DNA of 64,000 nucleotides from Verrucomicrobiota bacterium (GTDB taxonomy: Bacteria > Verrucomicrobiota > Verrucomicrobiia > Limisphaerales > Palsa-1400): assembly GCA_049510745.1 (NCBI GenBank), contig JBEKYR010000005.1, positions 96,001-160,000 on the forward strand, given 5' to 3'. Every line of letters starts with the position of its first letter. Position 1 is the stretch's first letter. The position numbers and the translations under genes were made by a program. Under the pieces are notes generated by a model. The model did no database searches. It was not told the DNA's origin and saw only the letters and a list, made by a program, of their open reading frames with translations. Shown piece after piece: positions 56,424 to 64,000 of this stretch.

Positions 56424-57620
56424 TCAGATCTTCGGTTTCTTCAGGCCGAGGTCTTTCTCGTAAGTGCCCATCCGCTTGGGCGGGGTCGGCTGGCCCGCCT
56501 TCAGTTCCAAGGGCAGCAATCCCAGGCGCGTGGCGGCCACTTCGGCCATCGCGGTCTTGGGAAATCGCTCGATGATGCGGCGCAACGCCTGCTCCGCGCC
56601 CGGTCGGTCTTTGGCGCAACGGATGTGGAACGTCGCCAGGAGATTGAGCCAGCGCGCGACGTGTTTGGGCGTCTCCTCCGGCAACGCAATCATCTGTTCC
56701 AGTTGAGCCGCCGCCAAATCCAGCCGCTGAAAATGCTCGGCGTACAAAATCGCCAGCTTCTCCCGCACCTCGGTGTCCGCGGGATATTGCTCGAGTTGTT
56801 TGACGCACTCCGCCGCCAGGGCATCGGCATCGACTTTTGCCGGCTCCGTCGGGCCGCCCTTCTCCAGGCCGATCTTCCGCAGGCTCGTTTGCACCTCGAA
56901 CTTGGCGTTCTCGCGCTGCCGGCGCGTTTCGTCAACGCCCCCAAGGTGGGCCAGGCGCTGCTCGGCCGCGTGGGCGAATTGCGAATCGGGAAAGAGTTTC
57001 ACCACCCGTTCCAGCGCGGCCCGCGCCGCCGCCGTATCACGTCCGAATTGCAATTGCCAGTCGGCCAGCGCGTGCAGGGCGCTCACGGCCGCGTGGGGCT
57101 TCAGGCCCGGTTGCGCCAGCAGTTCCTCTAGCGTCGCCTCCGCCGCCCGCACATCGTGCTTGTCTTCGGCCTGGATCGTCGCCAGCATCATGTAGCCGGC
57201 GGCGTCACCCGGAAACCGCTCCAGTTGTCCGCGCACTTCGGCTATGGCTTCGTCGAAAAGGCCCTGCCGCCGTTTGCCTTCGGCGGCGTAATAAAACGGC
57301 TTCAACTCGACTTCCTCGTCTCCGCCGGTGATGCTGTCCGTCAATGGTTTGGTCAGCAAACGGCCCATGGTCGGCGCCCACAGGGCGGCGAGGATGACGG
57401 CTGGAATCAGAATGCGCAAGACCAGGAACGGTCCGCCATAGCGGTCGGCGATCATCCAGCGCATGAGCACCAGCAGCGCCGCTGACACGCTCCATTTGAC
57501 AATCAATTTCGGCCGGTCGTCGCTCTGTTCCAGTTTGCGATAACCCAGAACGCCCAGCACTGGCAGAACGATCAGCCAGCAGAGCGCGTCAAAGGCGCCG
57601 CTCGAGAGGAACGCGATCAC
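56424..57620 (-). CDS. Membrane-anchored TPR-repeat protein
   Basis: Three N-terminal TM segments, then helical repeats ending (F/Y)P.(D/S/T). Confidence 0.85.
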   Translation of the reverse strand: MIAFLSSGAFDALCWLIVLPVLGVLGYRKLEQSDDRPKLIVKWSVSAALLVLMRWMIADRYGGPFLVLRILIPAVILAALWAPTMGRLLTKPLTDSITGGDEEVELKPFYYAAEGKRRQGLFDEAIAEVRGQLERFPGDAAGYMMLATIQAEDKHDVRAAEATLEELLAQPGLKPHAAVSALHALADWQLQFGRDTAAARAALERVVKLFPDSQFAHAAEQRLAHLGGVDETRRQRENAKFEVQTSLRKIGLEKGGPTEPAKVDADALAAECVKQLEQYPADTEVREKLAILYAEHFQRLDLAAAQLEQMIALPEETPKHVARWLNLLATFHIRCAKDRPGAEQALRRIIERFPKTAMAEVAATRLGLLPLELKAGQPTPPKRMGTYEKDLGLKKPKI

Positions 57621-58373
57621 TCACGGCTCTATAGCAAATCTCAATTCCGTTTGCGAGCGCGTTTTCCGGTTCCGAATCTCCATCTTCTCCAGCCGCCAAT
57701 GTCCGTTGACCTTCTTGAAGCTGCTGCCGTGCAGCGAGTATTCCTTGACCCAGTGCCCCTCGGCGTCGTAACCGTCGGCCATCAGCGGCCCGCCGCTCTC
57801 CTTGTCAAAATACGATTTCACCCGCGTGATCCCGCCCCCTTGCGGATTGCGGCTTTCCAGCACATAACACGACCGGTCCAGCCGCGTTTCATCCCGGTAT
57901 CGCCACTGCTCCGGCCAATGCAGGAATTCCAGCCCCAAGTCGGCCAGCGTAAAATCCGACCCCGCCAGGGCTATCCCCGCCTCCGCCGGCGCCACCGGCT
58001 TCAATGGCCCCGCCCCGCTTTCCGCCCCCGCCGCCCGCGCGTAAAGATACTGATTCGGCCCGTTGGTGCTGTGAATAATCACCAACCGCTCCGGGCCGGC
58101 GCCGTTGGTCCCGGCCGCCGTCTCGTAATCGGTTTCCCAAACCCCCTCTTTGACCACGACTCGGCAGACCACAGGCACTTGTCGCGTTTGTTTGCCGGAG
58201 CGGATGATCAGCGTGCCGTGAGTCTCGGTGTTTTCCTCGGGCGCCGCCGAGCGCAATTGTTGGGCCAGGGCCGCGCCGGCCGCCGGGTCTCCAACCGGGG
58301 GCGCTTCGCGCGCCGCCCACCCGTTGGCGCCCGCCGCCGCCAGGGCGATTGCAGCGACAATGCGGAGCCTCAT
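57621..58373 (-). CDS. Outer-membrane lipoprotein-sorting (LolA-like) protein
   Basis: Signal peptide, AGSDFTLADL, CYVLES, KKVNG.W...MEIRN; ATGA overlap with lon. Confidence 0.8.
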   Translation of the reverse strand: MRLRIVAAIALAAAGANGWAAREAPPVGDPAAGAALAQQLRSAAPEENTETHGTLIIRSGKQTRQVPVVCRVVVKEGVWETDYETAAGTNGAGPERLVIIHSTNGPNQYLYARAAGAESGAGPLKPVAPAEAGIALAGSDFTLADLGLEFLHWPEQWRYRDETRLDRSCYVLESRNPQGGGITRVKSYFDKESGGPLMADGYDAEGHWVKEYSLHGSSFKKVNGHWRLEKMEIRNRKTRSQTELRFAIEP

Positions 58374-60766
58374 TTCGGGGTCAGCGCCAGCGGCAACATT
58401 TGCGCGATGTTGGTCACGAAATGGGCCTTTAATTTGTTCCGCACCTCGGCCGGCACTTCCTGCCAATCGTTGCGATTATCTTCCGGCAGGATGATGTCTT
58501 TCAACCCGGACCGCGCCGCCGCCAGCACTTTCTCCTTGATCCCGCCGACCCGCAGGACACGTCCCCGCAAGCTGATTTCGCCGGTCATCGCCACGTTCGA
58601 CCGCACCTTGCGCTGCACCAACAGCGACGCCAGCGCCGCCACTATCGTCAGGCCCGCGCTGGGACCGTCCTTGGGCGTCGCCCCGGCGGGCACGTGGATG
58701 TGGATGTCTTTCTTGTCGTAATCGCTCAGGTCCAGCTTCATCGCCGCCGCCCGATTGCGCAGGAAGCTCCAGGCCGTCTGCGCGCTTTCTTTCATCACTT
58801 CGCCCAGCGAACCGGTCAGGATCAACGCCCCTTTCCCAGGCATGCGCGTGGCCTCGACGAATAGTATCTCGCCCCCCACCGGCGTCCAGGCCAGGCCGAT
58901 GGCGATGCCATAGTCCAGGATGCGTTCGGCCGCCTCGGAGGTGAACACGGCCGAGCCGAGGTAATCGACCAGCATTCCGGGCGTGATGGTCAGGGGCGTT
59001 TGACTGTCGTTGCGTCCCACAATATTCCGGGCCGCTTTCCGGGTCAGCGCGGCGATTTCCCGCTCGAGCTGCCGCACCCCCGCTTCCCGCGTGTAATCCT
59101 GGATGACCCGCCGCAAGGTCGCCTCGGGAAAACGCACCAGCTTCTTCTTCAGCCCGTGCTCTTCCAATTGCCGCGGCACCAAATGCCGTTTGGCGATCTG
59201 CACCTTCTCCGCCGCCGTATAGCTGGGCAGCTCGATCACTTCCAGCCGGTCCCGCAGCGCCGGATGCACCGGCTCCAGCCAGTTGGCCGTTGTCAAGAAT
59301 AAGACGCTCGACAGGTCCCACGGCACGTCCAGGTAGTGGTCCACAAACGCGTTGTTCTGCGTCGGGTCCAGCACCTCCAGCAGGGCCGCCGCCGGATCCC
59401 CCCGGAAATCCGACCCCACCTTGTCCAACTCGTCCAAAAGAATGACCGGGTTGTTCGATTCCAGGCGGCGCAACGTCTGAATGATGCGCCCCGGCAGCGC
59501 CCCCACATAGGTGCGCCGATGCCCGCGGATCTCCGCCTCATCCCGCATGCCTCCCAGCGAAATCCGCCCAAACTTCCGTCCCAGCGCGTCGGCCACGCTT
59601 TTGCCCAGCGAGGTCTTGCCCACCCCGGGCGGGCCGACCAGGCAAAGGATCGGGCCTTTCAAACGCTGCTTGAGCTTGATCACCGCCAGGAATTCCAGCA
59701 GGCGGTCCTTGACTTTGCGCAACCCAAAATGCTGCTCGTCCAGCAACCGGGCGGCGGCGGCCAGGTCCAGTTTGTCCTCCGTGAATTTCGACCACGGCAG
59801 GTTGATCAGCCAATCCAGGTAATTGCGCGCCATGGTGTACTCCGCCACCGCCGGCGGCATTTGCTGCAACCGGTCCAGCTCCTTGAGCGCGATCTTTTTC
59901 GGCTCCTCGGGCAGGTTGTTCTGCTCAATCTGGTCGCGCAGTTCCTTGGCTTCGGCCGCGCCGGGATCGACTTCCCCCAACTCCCGCTGGATGGCCCGGA
60001 TTTGTTCCCGCAGGAAATAGTCCCGCTGGCTCTTGGACATCGAGGTCACGACCTCGTTCTGGATTTTCGAGCCGAGCTTGAGCACCTCCAGTTCCCGGCT
60101 CAACAACGGCAGCAGCCGCGTCAACCGGTCCTTGACCAGGGGCATCTCCAGAAGATGCTGCCGCTCCTCCAGGCTCAGGTTCAAATTGGTCGCGATCAAA
60201 TCGGACAGTTTGCCCGGGTCCACCGTGTTCAGCGCCATGATCTTCACCGGCTCGGCCAGCGTGGGAGAGAACTTGATGACTTCCTGAAACTCCCGCTCCG
60301 CGTTGCGCGCCAGCGCCGTCAATTCCAGCGAATCGTCCGCCACGTCCTTGAGCTTCTCGGTCCGCGCCACAAGGTAGGGGCTTTGCGACGCATAATCCAC
60401 GATCCGAAACCGGCGCAACCCCTCCACCTGCACCTGCACCGCCCCGTCAGGAAGCTTGAGCATCCTCGCCACCCGCCCCGCGCACCCGTGCTCATACAAA
60501 TCCGCCGGAGTCGGATTCTCCACCTCCGGGTGCCGCTGCAACACCAGCCCCAAAAACCGGTCCCCCGCCACCACGTCGTCGATCAGCCGGATGCTTTGCG
60601 GCGTTTCGACCAGCAACGGCGTCACCGTTCCGGGGAAAATTACGATGTCCGACAAGCCCAGGATGGGCAGCGCTTCGGGCAGCGCCTTGGACCATACTTT
60701 GGTCCCGGAAGAGTCGGACGTTCCGCCGGTGCCAAGAATGCTGATGAATTCGGTTTCCGGGGTCAT
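58370..60766 (-). CDS. lon: ATP-dependent protease La
   Basis: GPPGVGKTS, RGHRRTYVGALPG, LLDELDK, PKDGPSAG, GGIKEK. Confidence 0.98.
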   Translation of the reverse strand: MTPETEFISILGTGGTSDSSGTKVWSKALPEALPILGLSDIVIFPGTVTPLLVETPQSIRLIDDVVAGDRFLGLVLQRHPEVENPTPADLYEHGCAGRVARMLKLPDGAVQVQVEGLRRFRIVDYASQSPYLVARTEKLKDVADDSLELTALARNAEREFQEVIKFSPTLAEPVKIMALNTVDPGKLSDLIATNLNLSLEERQHLLEMPLVKDRLTRLLPLLSRELEVLKLGSKIQNEVVTSMSKSQRDYFLREQIRAIQRELGEVDPGAAEAKELRDQIEQNNLPEEPKKIALKELDRLQQMPPAVAEYTMARNYLDWLINLPWSKFTEDKLDLAAAARLLDEQHFGLRKVKDRLLEFLAVIKLKQRLKGPILCLVGPPGVGKTSLGKSVADALGRKFGRISLGGMRDEAEIRGHRRTYVGALPGRIIQTLRRLESNNPVILLDELDKVGSDFRGDPAAALLEVLDPTQNNAFVDHYLDVPWDLSSVLFLTTANWLEPVHPALRDRLEVIELPSYTAAEKVQIAKRHLVPRQLEEHGLKKKLVRFPEATLRRVIQDYTREAGVRQLEREIAALTRKAARNIVGRNDSQTPLTITPGMLVDYLGSAVFTSEAAERILDYGIAIGLAWTPVGGEILFVEATRMPGKGALILTGSLGEVMKESAQTAWSFLRNRAAAMKLDLSDYDKKDIHIHVPAGATPKDGPSAGLTIVAALASLLVQRKVRSNVAMTGEISLRGRVLRVGGIKEKVLAAARSGLKDIILPEDNRNDWQEVPAEVRNKLKAHFVTNIAQMLPLALTPK

Positions 60767-60774
60767 GCCCTGGT

Positions 60775-61185
60775 CTAATCGTCAGTCACCGAGATCGAAT
60801 GCGGGCTGGAGGAGGCAAAGGGAACATCCACGCGCAAGAACCCGTTTTGATAAACGGCCTTGCCGCGGCTTAAATCGCAGCCCTCGGGCACCTCGATCAC
60901 GCTCTCAAAGGCGCCGTAATTGATCTCCATGGCCAGAAACTTGCAATGCGGCGAACGGCAGCCGTCGGGCCGCTGCCCGCTGATCCGCAACTGGCTCCCC
61001 TCGACGGTCAACTCCAGGTTCTCCCGTTGCATCCCGGCCAGTTCCACTTTGATGACAACCCCCGAATCGGTCTCATAGACATCGGTGTTGGGGGCCCAAT
61101 GGGTTTCGTGATCTTTGGTAGCGGCAACCCGGCGTTTGGCCAGATGCACTACGGTGCTTATCTTTTGCATGGCGACGGTGGACAT
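60775..61185 (-). CDS. Hsp20/alpha-crystallin protein upstream of lon
   Basis: WAPNTDVYET, VELAG, EINYGAFE, AVYQNGFLRV. Confidence 0.92.
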   Translation of the reverse strand: MSTVAMQKISTVVHLAKRRVAATKDHETHWAPNTDVYETDSGVVIKVELAGMQRENLELTVEGSQLRISGQRPDGCRSPHCKFLAMEINYGAFESVIEVPEGCDLSRGKAVYQNGFLRVDVPFASSSPHSISVTDD

Positions 61186-61236
61186 TATTTGATTAAGGAG
61201 CATTATGCAAGCGGCAACGAGGGCCGTCCGGCAGGG

Positions 61237-61443
61237 TTAGTTTTCTTTCAGTATGATTTTGGGCCGCTGACCTTTGCGCGCGCTGAAAACAATCGAGCTT
61301 CTCGATTCGGATTGGGAGGGCGAAGCACAACCGCAATGCGTGTCGTGCTCGAAGCTGAATTTGCGCCGCCGCATTTTCGTCCATAAAAAAACCCCGGCGG
61401 TCGCGGCGACCACGCTCAGAGCTGCAATCTGCTGCCAATCCAT
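61237..61443 (-). CDS. Small membrane protein with CGC motif (FeoB-associated Cys-rich-like)
   Basis: MDWQQIAALSVVAATAGVFLW..RRRK..HCGC. Confidence 0.6.
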   Translation of the reverse strand: MDWQQIAALSVVAATAGVFLWTKMRRRKFSFEHDTHCGCASPSQSESRSSIVFSARKGQRPKIILKEN

Positions 61444-61530
61444 GCTCTTAACATACCCTAATGCCGCCGCCGCGCAACTGGATGTTTTTCCGATGGCCTT
61501 TCCCGCCTTTTTGGGGGGCATCTTCATTCC

Positions 61531-61567
61531 CAATCCTAATCTTAATCATAATCCTAATCCTAATCCC
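61531..61567. repeat. Hexanucleotide tandem repeat (AATCNN)6
   Basis: aatcct aatctt aatcat aatcct aatcct aatccc. Confidence 0.8.
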
Positions 61568-61685
61568 GTCCTGGCTATCCTCCGAAGCTTCAGCGAAGAA
61601 GGATGAAATCCGAGACCATGCCCTGCCGCCCCCGGAGCCTCCTATTTTTCTTCCCTCACGCAGCGTCTCGATTTACAAACAATCC

Positions 61686-64000
61686 ATGCCGAGCCTGAAT
61701 CTCAAGCCAGCGCAAAGGGCCGTGAGCGCCTATTACGACTCGCTCGCCAAATTTGCCGAGTTGGGCGTCACCCACGAATCCGCCGTCCGATCCGCCTTTC
61801 AGGAACTGCTCGAACACTGCGCCCGGCAGTTCGATTGGACCCTCGTTCCCGAATACCCCATCCAGCGCAAGGGCCAGGCCGCCGCCAAAGCCGACGGCGC
61901 CCTCCTCGACAACTACGGCCTCAATCACGGCCTCTGGGAAGCCAAGGACTCCGCCGCCGACCTCGACAAGCAAATCAAGCACAAGTTCTCCATCGGCTAC
62001 CCGAGACAGAACATCCTTTTCTGGCAACCCGACCGCGCCGTCCTTTACCAGAACGGCGAACGGTTTTACGAGGCCGACCTGAAAAAGCCCGACGACCTCG
62101 TTCACGTCCTCAAGCTCTTCCTCGAATTCGCCCCGCCCGCCATCGCGGAATGGGAAAAGGCCGTCGAGGAATTCCAAGGCAAAGTCCCGCAGATTGGCGC
62201 GAGCCTGAAAGCCCTCATCGAAAAGGAGCGACAGAACAACGAGAAATTCACCGCCGCCTTTGAAGCCTTCTGCTCGCTCTGCCGCGGCTCGCTGAATCCC
62301 AACATTTCCATCGAGGCCGTCGAGGAAATGATCATTCAGCACATCCTCACCGAGCGCATCTTCCGCAAAATCTTCGACGTGGCCGATTTCATCTCCCGCA
62401 ACGTCATCGCCCAGGAAATCGAGAAAGTCATCACCGCCCTCAATTCCCGCGTCTTCAGCCGCGACGATTTCAGCAAAAGTCTGGAACATTTCTACGGCGC
62501 GATTGAAAACGCCGCCGCCACGATGACCGATTTCCACGAGAAGCAAACGTTCCTCAACACCGTTTATGAACGCTTCTTTCAGGGCTTCTGCGTCAAGGTG
62601 GCCGACACGCACGGCATCGTTTACACCCCGCAGCCTCTGGTGAACTTCATGGTTGCCAGCGTCGAGCACGTGTTGAAGAAGGAGTTTGGCAAGACGCTTG
62701 CCGACCGCAACGTTCACATTCTGGACCCGTTCACCGGCACGGGCAATTTCATCGTCAACATCATGCGGCACATCACACCGTCCGCGTTGCCGCACAAATA
62801 CCGGCAGGAACTCCACTGCAACGAGATCATGCTCCTGCCTTACTACGTGGCCTCGATGAACATCGAGCACGCCTACTACGACGCCACCGGCAAATACGAG
62901 CCTTTCGAGGGCATCTGTCTCGTGGACACCTTTCAAACCATCAACGGCAAGATGTCCTACTTCGCCAATGGCGAAAAGCACGAGCAACAGGACATGGCCA
63001 TCGGATTCAACCCCGAGAACACGAAGCGCATCAACCGCCAAAAGGACGCGCCCATCCGGGTTGTGATCGCCAATCCGCCTTACAACGCCGGACAGATCAA
63101 CGAAAATGACAACAACAAGAACCGAAAGTATCCGGAACTTGAACGTCGCGTGAGCGCCACCTACGGCGAAGCCTCAGACGCAACATTGCTCCGAAAACTC
63201 TCCGATCCTTACGTCAAGGCCATCCGTTTTGCCAGCGACCGAATCGGCGACAGCGGCATTGTTTGTTTTGTGAACAACAACAGTTTCTTTACGGAAAGAA
63301 CTTTCGACGGGATGCGAAAGGAACTGGCAAAAGACTTCGATGAGATTTATGGGCTCGATTTGGGCGGCAACGTGCGTAAGAACCCCAAACTTTCCGGCAC
63401 GACGCACAACGTCTTCGGCATTCAAGTAGGCGTGAGCATTAATCTTTTTGTCCGTCTGCAAAAGAACCAGAGCGCGAAGCGTAAAGCGAAAATTTATTAT
63501 CACGCGGTCGGTGGCGATTGGCGGAAGGAACAGAAATACTCGTTTCTGGAAACGAAAGCGCACGTTGGTGGCGTCAAATGGCAGAAACTTTCGCCTGACG
63601 CCAAAGGCAACTGGCTTACGAACGACACCGACGATGAATTTGCCTCGTTCCTGCCCATCGGCAGCAAGGATGCGAAGGCGGGTACGAGCGTGCCCACCAT
63701 TTTCCGCACCTACTCACTCGGCGTTTCAACCAACCGCGACGCCGTGGTTTATGACTTTGATGAGGAGAAACTAAAAAAGCGGGCTGAACAATTCGCAGAG
63801 GATTATAACGCGGAACTATACCGGTGGAAAACAAAGGCGAAACCTCCAAAGGACGAGAAACTGTTGCCTGGTTATGTTGATAATTTCGTTAGCTACGAAA
63901 AAATCAAATGGAGTGAAACCTTGAAACGGCATCTGTTAGAGAAAGATCTGGCCGAATACTCGCAAGAAAACATTAGGGGAGCCTTATATCGCCCGTTTAC
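61686..64000 (+). CDS. Single-chain restriction-modification enzyme (type ISP/IIG-like N6-adenine MTase), runs off the right edge
   Basis: Manual translation: MPSLNLK...ADG...WEAKD nuclease motif, GIVYTPQPLVNFMV, ILDPFTGTGNFI, VIANPPYN, DLGGNVRKNP. Confidence 0.9.
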   Translation, partial: MPSLNLKPAQRAVSAYYDSLAKFAELGVTHESAVRSAFQELLEHCARQFDWTLVPEYPIQRKGQAAAKADGALLDNYGLNHGLWEAKDSAADLDKQIKHKFSIGYPRQNILFWQPDRAVLYQNGERFYEADLKKPDDLVHVLKLFLEFAPPAIAEWEKAVEEFQGKVPQIGASLKALIEKERQNNEKFTAAFEAFCSLCRGSLNPNISIEAVEEMIIQHILTERIFRKIFDVADFISRNVIAQEIEKVITALNSRVFSRDDFSKSLEHFYGAIENAAATMTDFHEKQTFLNTVYERFFQGFCVKVADTHGIVYTPQPLVNFMVASVEHVLKKEFGKTLADRNVHILDPFTGTGNFIVNIMRHITPSALPHKYRQELHCNEIMLLPYYVASMNIEHAYYDATGKYEPFEGICLVDTFQTINGKMSYFANGEKHEQQDMAIGFNPENTKRINRQKDAPIRVVIANPPYNAGQINENDNNKNRKYPELERRVSATYGEASDATLLRKLSDPYVKAIRFASDRIGDSGIVCFVNNNSFFTERTFDGMRKELAKDFDEIYGLDLGGNVRKNPKLSGTTHNVFGIQVGVSINLFVRLQKNQSAKRKAKIYYHAVGGDWRKEQKYSFLETKAHVGGVKWQKLSPDAKGNWLTNDTDDEFASFLPIGSKDAKAGTSVPTIFRTYSLGVSTNRDAVVYDFDEEKLKKRAEQFAEDYNAELYRWKTKAKPPKDEKLLPGYVDNFVSYEKIKWSETLKRHLLEKDLAEYSQENIRGALYRPF

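Overview
GC-rich bacterial chromosome segment, probably Verrucomicrobiota (inferred from PEP-CTERM, prepilin/H-X9-DG and UBact-proteasome genes). Housekeeping genes (ilvB with a Val-rich attenuator, fba, ubiE/menG, copA, a C-terminal-half carB, gcvP, serA, lon, three Hsp20s) are interspersed with accessory DNA. The most striking feature is a 4,921-bp element integrated at the 3' end of tRNA-Asp between 39-bp direct repeats. It carries a tyrosine integrase, an excisionase-like gene, an HUH rolling-circle Rep, a lipoprotein and a propeptide-less proteasome-beta-like (Ntn) gene. The att core lies inside the integrase ORF: joining the ends in frame swaps a 9-aa tail for a 55-aa tail and places rep directly behind int, suggesting an excision-triggered switch. 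The window also holds a UBact/20S-beta/20S-alpha/PafA operon (UBact is missing from the ORF track, ends in GQ, and no Dop or ATPase is nearby), a type II R-M pair, a partial type ISP/IIG R-M gene, four toxin-antitoxin loci that have lost their toxin, and two copies of a ~320-360-bp MITE-like element. All family calls come from motif recognition by eye; no searches were run.
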